Shown: positions 53,862-64,000 of the stretch, one piece after another
How the letters are laid out: the number at the start of each line of letters is the position of its first letter
How positions within the stretch are numbered: position 1 is the first letter of the stretch
From: Eledone cirrhosa
Taxonomy: Eukaryota
Length of the DNA stretch: 64,000 nucleotides
Assembly: GCA_964016885.1 (NCBI GenBank)
Contig: OZ024741.1
Location: forward strand, 312,108,001-312,172,000
Direction: 5' to 3'
The notes under the pieces: generated by a model
Told to the model about the DNA's origin: nothing
What the model saw: the letters and a program-made list of their open reading frames with translations, nothing else
Database searches by the model: none
Program-made: the position numbers and the translations under genes

Positions 53862-54106
53862 GTTATTGGATCATTGAATTTTTCTCAGATCAATTTGAAT
53901 AGGAAATTCCTGTATCATCGATTTTCTCCGTAACCATGGAAGCTTGTAGCTTGAAGGTCGACCCAATGCCTCCTCGGGTCATTCTGCATAACTGTGTAAA
54001 TTTTCGCTCCATTCCACCAAGCCGTTTTGACATTTAACCGACTACACCGACATATACAACGTCCGACCGCTTCCAATTTATATAGTAGATATATATATAG
54101 AGAGAG

Positions 54107-54308
54107 AACGAAGTAAGTGTGGTAAGGAAGCAGGTGGACTATAACGCACCAGAGTACTCGATACTGTGGGTAGTAGAGTGGGTAATAGGAAAAGGTTCAG
54201 GAACCCGACGGCAGAGCTCAAGCCGTTTCGACGGCTATTTCAAGTAGTTCAGAAATAGCCGTCGAAACGGCTTGAGCTCTGCCGTAAGGGTCCTGAACCT
54301 TTTCCTAT
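54107..54308 (-). repeat. Second copy of the short hairpin-headed element
   Basis: Hairpin 54185-54308; homologous to 38363-38561. Confidence 0.8.
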
Positions 54309-54341
54309 GTATATATATATATATGTTAATATATATATGTA

Positions 54342-56724
54342 TAATAAATGAGTGAAGAATAAAACGGATCGGCTGTACAATAAAGTTTATTCGAAGTATT
54401 AACAAATGTTTCATTAGTCCCATGTGTCTAAAAACCGCTAATCGCAGTATGTTGCGGCACTCGATTTCAATTACAATTGGCACGCGACCAAATTTTCAAA
54501 ATTCTGATTCTGTGTGTATGGTAGAGTGCGCTAGTGTTTATAGATACATGAACAATAACAATAATAATAATAAGGAAATGTATAATGAAGAGGAGGATAT
54601 TAGGATAAAGGCATGAAAACATAGTAACAATAATAACATGAAAAAAAGTGGTGTGAAAAGATAATATAAGGAAATTGATAAAAAAGTAAAAAAATTATAG
54701 AGATAGTAACAAAATAAAAAATAATAAAAAATACCGGTAGAGTTGAAAGTAAAGATGAGAAGTGAGGGTATAAACTAACTGGACAGTGTAATAACATGGG
54801 ATGAAATGAAACGATAGGATACGGGTGACAGTATAATAAAGTGGGATTAGATGAAATAAAAAGATAGAACAAAAAATATAAAACAATGAGGTAATGATAA
54901 CAAATAGGTAATTAAGATTGGCGGTGTTTTGAAAAGTGTAATCTTAATTGGTAGAGGTGAAGATTGATGGTGATTTTGGCTATGAAGGATGATTGATGCT
55001 GTATTTGAGAAAGGGATTTGAAAGGATGTGTCTTTAAAGAAAAAATACTTAATCACCGACGAAGTGCCGGTTATTCTTGCTTTCTATTGGTTGGTGGTGT
55101 AACTTTTGAAGTGTTAAAGAAAACTTGTGTTCATACGTGATTAACCGCTAACTGTGGTAAGGAGGTGTCAAAGTGGTTCGTTGGCGCCAATTTAGCAGAC
55201 ACTATAAATCCAGGGAGTTGTATTGTTTACATGGATAAAGAGGTTGCTGGATCAAAACTTGTTTATCTCGGTTTGTAATTCGAAAATTTACTAGCGGCTT
55301 TGTGCCTACAGAACATTGTCCGTTCGTTTGGCTGTTTAGTACGGTCTTACTATACTGTGAAATCCGCATTGGGACATCCCGTTCATATAGGCTTCTGCCT
55401 TCGATAATTTCAACCAGCCAATTTTATATCCTTGATTATTGTCCTTAAGCTGCCAAATTTTATTGGCCAGCGTCGTTGTGTTACTGGGCCTCCGGTCCTT
55501 TCTGGAGTGCCGATGCACATACCATCATTTTTAGTAGTCATCAGCCGTAGAACCTATGCAATACGACATATGGTTGCCAGACTTAATAGTGCACAGATAT
55601 ACTATACTGGAATCCATGCATCTATTCGGTAGTGGGCATTTATCCGGCAGGTGGTAGTTACATTTGGAGGCCTTCCTATGTGCCAGCTCCTCGTTATAGT
55701 TCGATTTGTGGTTTGAGATGGACTGGGATGCTGGTCTCTTTGTGTTTTGTTGTGACATATATCGACGGACAACCGGTTGTGATGCTGTTATGCGGTTGTG
55801 TTTTGTATTTGATGCTGTGGTGATGGTTTGTGGACTACAGTTTTTAGATATTCTCCCGGAGTTTTTTATGTGTGATTCGTTGTTGATGTCCTCAAGTGTA
55901 ACTTCAAGGGTTTTCCTGTATTTTCTGTGTAGTTCACGGCGTATAAAGCTGTTGTAGGTGTCTAGGCTCATGGTGTATACGTTCGATGTTTTATCTGCTT
56001 TAACTATAATTCCGTCAGTATGGCGTAGTCTTTTCAAAAGTGCATTGATGTCTGGCAGTTTGTTGTGACCAGTGCGTTTATTAAAACTTAATTCTACTTC
56101 TCATGTTCATGAGGTCGAGTTCAAAAGCGTCAAGCTGGGGGTTACTTGGTGGATTTTTGCGAGATTTAAATCCGTATTTCTCTTTAGTGTTTCCCTCATT
56201 ATCAATTGTGTTTCCTTTGTCGTAATGATATGGTTTCCATCGGATTCGATGTTTAAAAGCATTGGTGCGCTGTATCATGCCGAGTGTATAATCCCTGTTT
56301 GGAGGTATAGGTAAAATTTTAGTGACATGCCTATGTTGTGATTTTCCATGTTAATGCCGGGCGTTAAAGTTGTTGCTCAACTTGGTGGGAGCTAATTATA
56401 TAAGTTAACGAGGTATTGTTTGAGGCAATCCAAATAGATATTCTGAGTACTCTGAATCGGGTATAGTTTTAACGTTCAGCGTTGTTTCATTCAACAAGAA
56501 ATTTACTTAGTTGTGGTGTTCGGGTGGCCGATTCAAGACAGTTCCTAGGTAAGTGGTTCCTGGAGTACTAATAATAAATGAGTGAAGAATAACATGGATC
56601 TGCTGTACGATAGGGTTTATTCGAAGTATTAACAAATGTTGCATTTGTCTGGTGTGTCTAAAAATCGCTATTCGCAGTATGGTGTAGCATCCGATTTTAA
56701 TTACAATTGACACCCGTCCAAATA
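54342..56724 (-). mobile_element. RT-deleted Hydra-like PLE with direct terminal repeats
   Basis: Direct repeats 54342-54493 and 56570-56724; HRIRWK, KYGFKS, IIVKADKTSNVY fused to CNYHLPDKCPL..IVYLC..YCIGST. Confidence 0.82.
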
Positions 56725-57089
56725 TATATTTCAAAACATATATATATCAGGATAGAACCAGTTTGAAGTCGTTAGACCATTACTCTACAGAGTACGCGAT
56801 AATTGGGGTAGTAGGGTATGACTCTATTATAATGAGGCAGTATCCGAGGACTAGCTTTTGCCTTTTGAACAATTAGTTCAAGAGTCAGGAGCTAGCTAAC
56901 TAGCTGTTGAGATAAGTAGGGATCAGTCGTCGGGTCCGACTCCTTATTATATATAAATGTATATATATATAAATATACATATATATTTAATAAATAAATG
57001 GCTTCTACAGGAGTTGAACTGTTTCATTCGGGAGAAATTATCAGGAAGCCCGTGATGGTTAAAGGGGCACTGTAAGTGCGAAACGATAC

Positions 57090-57359
57090 GTTTTCCTCGG
57101 GTCCAATCGGGGGTAACCACAGTAAGTAAGGTAGTCAATACATAGCAGAGTATAAATATTTAATGTAGTAATGGTTTCTATAGTACTTGAACCGTTTCAT
57201 TCGGGAGACATCATCAGGAAACTTCTGATGATTTCTCTTGAATGAAACAGTTCATGTCCTGCAGAAGACATTTCTATTTTCTATATTAAATATTTATACC
57301 CTGCTATGTATTGACTGCGTTACTTACTGTGGCTATACCCGTTTGAACCCGGGATAAAC
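57090..57359. repeat. ~270-bp hairpin centred on a hammerhead-like core
   Basis: Centre TCATCAG gaaactt CTGATGA; further family fragments at ~57000-57050 and 57938-58050. Confidence 0.8.
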
Positions 57360-57538
57360 TTATATATATATATATATTTATAAATGTAAAAAATGAAACG
57401 CTTCATTTTTTTCCATTTATCGTTTTCGGCGGGCCCGGCCGATTAACTCACTCGATATGCAAATTAGGCTGCTCAGCCGTTAATATGCATAAGGAAAGTA
57501 TATACTTTCAGACGTTCAATCATCTGGCAGGAAGGTAT

Positions 57539-57581
57539 ACGGAGCTGACGATAGCTAATAAGCTTGAAACTAGTACATCGT
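57539..57581 (+). ncRNA. Minimal type I hammerhead
   Basis: acggag-CTGACGA-tagct aata agctt-GAAA-CTAG-TA-catcgt. Confidence 0.7.
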
Positions 57582-57824
57582 TTCTTTGTCAGTGTTGAAC
57601 AAAAGGGCAACGATGGTTGCTAAACACTGTACGGCTTAATTCGGAATGTTTATTTACAAACAAACCGAGCATTATAATAAATGTTCGGTAAATCCATACG
57701 TACATATATATATATATCTGCATGTATGTATATATATATACATACTACTGTACGTCTGTATACATATATGAATGTACCTATACATACTTATATATATATA
57801 TATATATACATATATATATAGATA

Positions 57825-57937
<113 letters not shown>

Positions 57938-58060
57938 ACGTTTATCCTGGGTTCAATCGGGGGTTGCCACAGTAAGTAAGTTAGTCAATACATAGGGGAG
58001 TATAAATATTTAATATAGAAATGTCTTCTACAGGAATTGATCTGTTTCATTTATATTGAG

Positions 58061-58245
58061 AATTGGCAGTATCAGTAGAGGGTCGGACTCCATGCTTTGC
58101 AGCAAAGAGTTACGGCCCTTTATGGTCTGAGTTCAAATCCCGCCGAGGTTAACTTCGCCTTTCATCCTTACAGGGTCGATAAAATAAAGTACCAGTAATG
58201 TACTGGGTAATTGCTGGCCTTGTGCCAAAAGTAGAGACAAATATT
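58061..58245 (+). mobile_element. tRNA-like SINE
   Basis: Family match. Confidence 0.88.
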
Positions 58246-58551
58246 ATAATCTCTACGTTAAAAAGAAACAATTGTAATGGGCTGCTAGAGTTATGGTAAG
58301 TGATGTACAAGTGTTACTCAGCCTGTTTCATTGTTTAACCGTCAGCGGTAAAGGTTCCTATTTCATGATCGGTGGACAAGTCGACCCCTGGTTTTGGATA
58401 GATATTTTGGATAGATATGAAATAGGAACCTCTACCACTGACTGTTAAACAGTGAAACTGGCTGGCTAACACTTGTTGTACACCACTTTCCCTAAATCTA
58501 GCAGCCCATCACAATTATTTCTGTTTAAGTCTGTTTAACGTAGAGATTATA
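58245..58551. repeat. ~305-bp imperfect inverted repeat
   Basis: tataatctctacgttaaa...ggttcctatttcat / atgaaataggaacc...tttaacgtagagattata. Confidence 0.8.
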
Positions 58552-59090
58552 TTAATATCAATGATTTTCCGTAGCTTAGAGGGTAGGTTACCATAGGTTG
58601 GTTAAGTTTAGGCTAGGCTGATTTCCTCAGTCAGTTAGAACTCATTTACGACTGAAGTGTTTTAGAAGTGGTGTCTTAGAATTATCTAAACTATCGGAAA
58701 ACTTATGGTAATTTCCACACGAAACAAAAATGGCCGAAAGTAAAAATGAATCGCCATTTAATGCTGATAAACTGAGGATAAGGAAATTTTAGGTTTTTAA
58801 AATTAACGCGTAACACATAATGGTGTGGTAGCATGTTGTTTACTAATAAAATAGTTCAGTTAAATCATTTTGTTAACTGTAAAATCAATTTTACAAATTG
58901 TATTTTCTTCACATACATTTTTATTTTACAACTATTTAGTGTTTATTTCCAAATTTTATATTGTGTGCAAATAATCAACGGCAAACATATCTACAGCTGG
59001 GGGGATGGTAATGCCCTATTTGGGGGGGGGGTTCGTCTTATCTGACGTATAGAGGCCTAAACGTGAAATAGACCTCAGAATTTCAGGGGG

Positions 59091-59133
59091 CGACCTATGC
59101 GCCGGATCAACTTGTGCGCGGGCATATATGGTA
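59091..59133. mobile_element. Possible Tc2/pogo-like terminal inverted repeat
   Basis: Reverse complement TA-ccatatatgcccgcgcacaagttgatccggcgcataggtcg resembles TA-CCGTAT..TATAAGTCGA-type ends (from memory); no intact partner end found. Confidence 0.35.
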
Positions 59134-59692
59134 TATATACATAAATGTATGTACGTATGTATATATATACATATGTTCGATCATGAATACCACGAGCTTG
59201 CCAGTCACGTAAGTCTGATATTTGATTTCGGAATCAAAGAAACACTTTAAACGTATAATCGTTTGATTTGTCCAGGTGTATTTTTCTCAACCTGTTAGTT
59301 CTATCGTTACATTGGTATATTATTGTGTGTTAGATTTTTGCCTACCACAATGTTCGATTTGTCAAGCTATTTAAACCTATTTTATTACTCTAAGGACCTA
59401 CCTTATCGAGTGTTTTGCTAACTCATCATTTCATATAAGTAGGCCGAATTTGCTTGCAAACCGCCAGAGATTCGATTTTACTAAATTTCCAATTATATAT
59501 ATACATTTATACACTAATAATAGTATTTATAATTTTATATGAGTTATATATAATTATAAATATGGAAGGGTAGTATGCTGCGCCACACGGTTAGAAAATT
59601 AAAATGTTGGCTCTATCATAGCTTTATAGTATAAAGCTATGTATAAATTTTATACATATAATATATATCTGTATCTGTATTTTGGTGTGTTA

Positions 59693-60357
59693 TCTATCTA
59701 TATATATATTAATAAAAGTCTGTGATTGCTTGCTTGTCTGTAATGTAATGCAGCCAAAAGGGCGAATAATGGGAAAAAAATTGAATGGTAATTGCCCTTG
59801 GAATGGAAATACAAATGGAATAAAACAGGTTTCACGTAAATCGGACCACGAGTTCCCGAGATATGGGGGTTTTCCGGGTCCCTTCATAAACAAAGAGAGA
59901 GAAAGATAGAGAGAAAGAGATAGTGGTTGTGACAGAGTAGATTGAAAGAGAGACATAGAGAGAGGGAGAGGAGACAGAAAAGGAGAATGAAAGAGAGCCT
60001 GTGGTGTTGTATATATATGTGAGTTTGTGTGTATACATATGTGTGTGTCTATGTGTGTGTATATGTGTGTGTGTCTATGACAAGTGCATATAGATCACAT
60101 ACATCCATATATATATACGCACACACGTACATATATATACATATATATATATATACACATATAAATATATATATATATACACACACATTTATATATATGC
60201 ATACACACACGTATATATATATGGGCCTTCCAATTTCATTTCACATTATATACATGTCTGTGTATATTTTAGTTATTTAAAAATCATGTTTAAGTGAACG
60301 TGATTTTTCAAAAATATTTTGAAGTGTACGTGACCCAACGGGTCACGGGTGGTCTAG
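59693..60357 (+). mobile_element. Non-autonomous Helitron
   Basis: a|TCTATC start; hairpin cgtgaccc aac gggtcacg (60329-60347); CTAG at 60354-60357. Confidence 0.85.
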
Positions 60358-61121
60358 TCTATCAATATAATACTAAATGTCTGTGATTGTTTGTTTCCTT
60401 GTCTGTAATATAATACAGCCAAAAGGGCGCATAATTGGAAAATACTTTGAGAGGAACTTGAGCCTGTAATGGGAATATAAATGGAATAAAACAAGTTTCG
60501 CGTAAATCGAAGCATGCGTTCCCGAGATAGGGGATTTTTCCAGGTATCTTTATAAATAGCCAAAACGGTGCATAATGAAAAAATACTCCGAAAGTCACAT
60601 AACCCTGCAAACCTTCATAAAAAGCCAAATTGCTGCATAATGGGAAATTATTCCGGAAGTAAAATTACCCCGATATGGGATTACAAACAGAATAAAACAT
60701 GTTTGGCGTAAATCGGTACACGGACTCCCGAGATATCCGGTTACCTTCATCAACAGATAGAGTGAAAGATAGAGAGAAAGAGATAGTGGTTGTAAGAGAG
60801 TAGATTGAAAGAGGGACATAGAGATAGGGAGTGGAGACGGCGCAGGAGATGGAGCAGGTGGCGTTGTCGTGCATATATATATGTGAGTGTGTCTGTATAT
60901 ATACATATATATGTGTGCGTGAATATTTGTGTGCATGTCTATGACCAATGTATATAGATCACAGACACTCATATACACACACACATATGTATATAATATT
61001 TCACATTATATACATGTCGGTGTATATTTTAATCCTTTAAACATTATTTTTAAGTGAACAGGATTTAAGTAAAAAAACTATTTGAAAGTGAACGTGACCC
61101 AATGAGTCACCGGTGGTCTGG
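60358..61121 (+). mobile_element. Non-autonomous Helitron, related subfamily
   Basis: TCTATC start directly after the previous CTAG; hairpin gtgacccaatgagtcac; ends CTGG|t. Confidence 0.82.
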
Positions 61122-61268
61122 TGTATAATATTAATAAACAATTGAATGTCTTCAGCTATGAATGGAGGCTGATGTGGAAGAGCCATCTAACGGATTTCAA
61201 CAGAGGTAAGGGCGAGTAAATTTCAGCGACTTTTGTTTATTACTCTGGTGGGTATCAAGACAGTGGTC

Positions 61269-61310
<42 letters not shown>

Positions 61311-61314
61311 ATAT

Positions 61315-64000
61315 ACCCTCCATCTCAACTCTACTTTTGAAAAGCATAAGAACTGCGAAACTGGTAAAGGAACCAAATAAATATATATATTTAAAAAAAA
61401 ATAAGACTCCAGTTGCATTTTCGATTTCATCTATTTTTCTTTATACTTTCACTCGTGTAGGTTACCTCGGTTATTTTTGATTTTGTAACCCCCCCCCCCC
61501 CAAAAAAAACCTCACTTTCTAATACATACCCACCACACGAAGACCGAAAATGCCACAAAAAAATAAGTCCCTGAACCAGGACATCTTAAATGAACTCAAA
61601 GAGATTTCCACTAAACTCTCAATTTTGACCATCAAAGTGGACAAAATACACATCTATAAAAAAAGGACCCCACGAAGAAACAGAAAATACCCAAGAGACG
61701 AATATTACTCCAGCATTAACTAAACTAATCGAAACCATTGAAACTGCAATGCTCCAAAAACTGGAACAACCATTAGAACCCAATCTACGAGATGTCCACT
61801 CAGTGAAAAACACGCTAATCAATATATGGACTCAAAAGCACGCAGCCCGCAAATTCGCCGTTTGGAATCTCCTAAAAAATAATGGCAAGGCAGACATATA
61901 TGAAAATTGGCTAAACTCTACCCCAATCATCTACCCCCAAAAACTCCAAATAAAACCCATCCCCAATGAACCAGAAAACCAACAAAGACTTAGGGAAAAG
62001 ATGACGTTAGAAAAGTTTAAAATAGAAATAGATCTTTTGCGATTAAGAGCCAACTCCAACGAAGAAAAATTCAAGTCACTCGACCAACAGATGGACACAG
62101 AAATCTCAAAGCACTCTGAAGACCTACTCTACGAAAGAAACCTTAAAACTTTGGAAAGAAAACTGTGAGGATGAAGAACTAACATCCCTCCAGCGATGGG
62201 AAAAAACGTCACCTGGTTAAACAACTACGAAATGGACTTCAAAAATGAACAAAATACAGGTAACCCATTTTAAAAACAGACTAAAACTCACACACCACAT
62301 GAACAACAAATAACAAAAAAAGTAACAAAATATGCACAACAAATAACAAAAAAAGTAACAAAACGCCCAACATACCCCCAGCAAAACTATAACGATAATT
62401 CCAGAACCCATAGATAAAACTATAATCCTACTAACAAAAACCAAAGATCCCCAACACAAGACAGGACCCGATCCACAGATCACAACCCACACACAACCTA
62501 TTCCAAAACCGTAGACCCCTGCCCACACATAGCCTGTTACAAAACCGTAGATCCCAACCCACACAAAGGAACAAAATCTACAACCCGGACTATCAACAAA
62601 CCGAAACTTCTATACAAGACCACACAACAACAGGGGAAATACCATTAGATATAATAATACCATTGAAAAAACATTCCAGAAACATCATTTTTTAGACCAA
62701 GGCTACAGGACCCACGAAACATGGTGGCACAAACCGATTTTGAAAAACCGAAAATAATCAACTTTTCAAATACAAACCTTTCAGCCCAACAAGTAAAAAT
62801 TCTCTCCAAAGGACTGAAATTCACACCAACTCCACAATACTCTAACCTCAATGAGATAAATAACGATATCTCACACTTATGTAGAAAAGTACGTCTTAAC
62901 CGAGGAATTATTTGACAAGGAGAATAACGACGAATCAAGTGTAAGGAATAAAAGCAGCTACAACCCAACAAAAGGTAGAAACAGAGTTCTGGACAAATTT
63001 TGTCACCACATAGCTACTTTCCCATACCATGAACTACCGCAACCTAAACCCAAACCCAACACGAGGCGAAGGGAATGGGAGATTATCCATAAACTAAAAA
63101 AACAATACGGACATTATAATTAAGGAAGCGGACAAGGGAAGTACTGTTGTCATTATGGATGCTGAAAAATATAAAACTTCTATTGTTCTCACTCTTACAA
63201 AATACTAATTACTATGAAAGTGTAAAAAACTACAAGCAATCAAAAATAATGACCAGATTAGACACACTGATTTGTCGATACCAGGAAGACTTAACTACTT
63301 AGAAACGCGATTATTTAACACATTTTGAATACAAAACCACCAACCTTTACAGACTTCCGAAGATCCACAAGTGTAAAATAATTAACGATGCCTGTAAACA
63401 ATCCACCTCAGCCTGCGTGAACACACAATACCCCACAGACCTTAAATTAAGACTAGTTGTAGCGGGCCCACAATGTGAAACACACAGACTGAGCAACTTT
63501 ATAGACATACTAAAACCAATTCTGAAACACATACCAAGCCTTGTAAGAGACGATCTGGACCTCTTAAACCACCTCCCCAAACATGTCAACAACGACACTA
63601 TTATTGTGTCTTTAGATGTAGTGAATCTCTACACAACGATCCCACACCAATACAGACTAGAAGCAATAGGATTATAGCTAGAGAAATATCCCAATGAGAT
63701 ACCTGATAGAATAGAAAAAGGCTTCATCACCGAGGGATTAAAATTCATCTTACAGAACAACTTTTTTTATTTCGATGGCAGTACTTACAAGCAAATATCG
63801 GGGACTGCGATGGGTACAAAAGCCGCTCCAACTTATGCCAACTTAGTCATGGCATACTTAGAAGTCCAGATATATGAACAGTCCAAATCAAAATTCGGAT
63901 TGAACTTCCACAAATATTTATCAGAGAATTGGAAACGCTACTTGGAGGATTGCCTCATTCTTTGGTCCCACACACACGACCAACTTAAGGATTTCAAAAA
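61315..64000 (+). mobile_element. Neptune-like PLE with upstream direct pLTR, running off the window
   Basis: 61315-61524 matches the element 3' end (11823-12016); ATG at 61550; degraded ORF through LSKGLKFTPTP, LDVVNLYT, GTAMGTKAAPTYANL, RYLED. Confidence 0.9.
61333..61370 (+). ncRNA. Hammerhead with U3-A8 core (copy, more mutated)
   Basis: actt-TTGAAAA-gcat aagaa ctgc-GAAA-ctgg-TA-aagg. Confidence 0.55.

Larger units (their letters stand above)
49921..54089 (-). mobile_element. 4.2-kb non-autonomous Helitron
   Basis: Minus strand begins a|TCTACTATATAAA (54089) and ends cccgggtaaaaccgggttaaacagCTAG|t (49921); assumes both ends belong to one element. Confidence 0.78.

Noticed and set aside
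54395-54480. Hammerhead in the 54342/56570 terminal repeats (GAAACATTTGTT on the minus strand)
   Set aside because: The 3' half fits but I could not place a CUGANGA-type core with a pairing stem I; left uncalled
58318-58470. CTGACGG/CTGACTG...GAAAC motif in the 58.3 kb hairpin
   Set aside because: No proper NUH site or stem I; too degenerate

Overview
AT-rich, microsatellite-dense eukaryotic DNA with no supportable host gene; almost the whole window is nested transposable elements. A tRNA-like SINE resembling the repeats known from octopods suggests an octopus-type cephalopod genome (inference). Contents: (i) several families of Penelope-like retroelements (PLEs; RT plus C-terminal GIY-YIG), both Neptune-like (CxxxxCxxC linker) and Hydra-like (CxC-x5-CPL linker), mostly bounded by (TA)n; (ii) a decayed ~6 kb RepHel Helitron plus five non-autonomous Helitrons; (iii) RTE-clade LINE fragments; (iv) seven tRNA-like SINE copies; (v) a 200-N gap. 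Signals the ORF track does not show: about 20 type I hammerhead ribozyme motifs from roughly a dozen repeat families, two of which independently carry a U3-A8 covariant core; a recurring 'two-tailed' (divergent inverted 3' ends) insertion architecture from 0.1 to 7.7 kb; a non-coding, retrozyme-like hammerhead-bounded ~1.8 kb unit with a strongly folded GC-rich domain; and a shared ACTCC...GTTGAGTRCTC motif pair downstream of the ribozymes. All calls were made by eye; boundaries are approximate unless a TSD or terminal motif is quoted.
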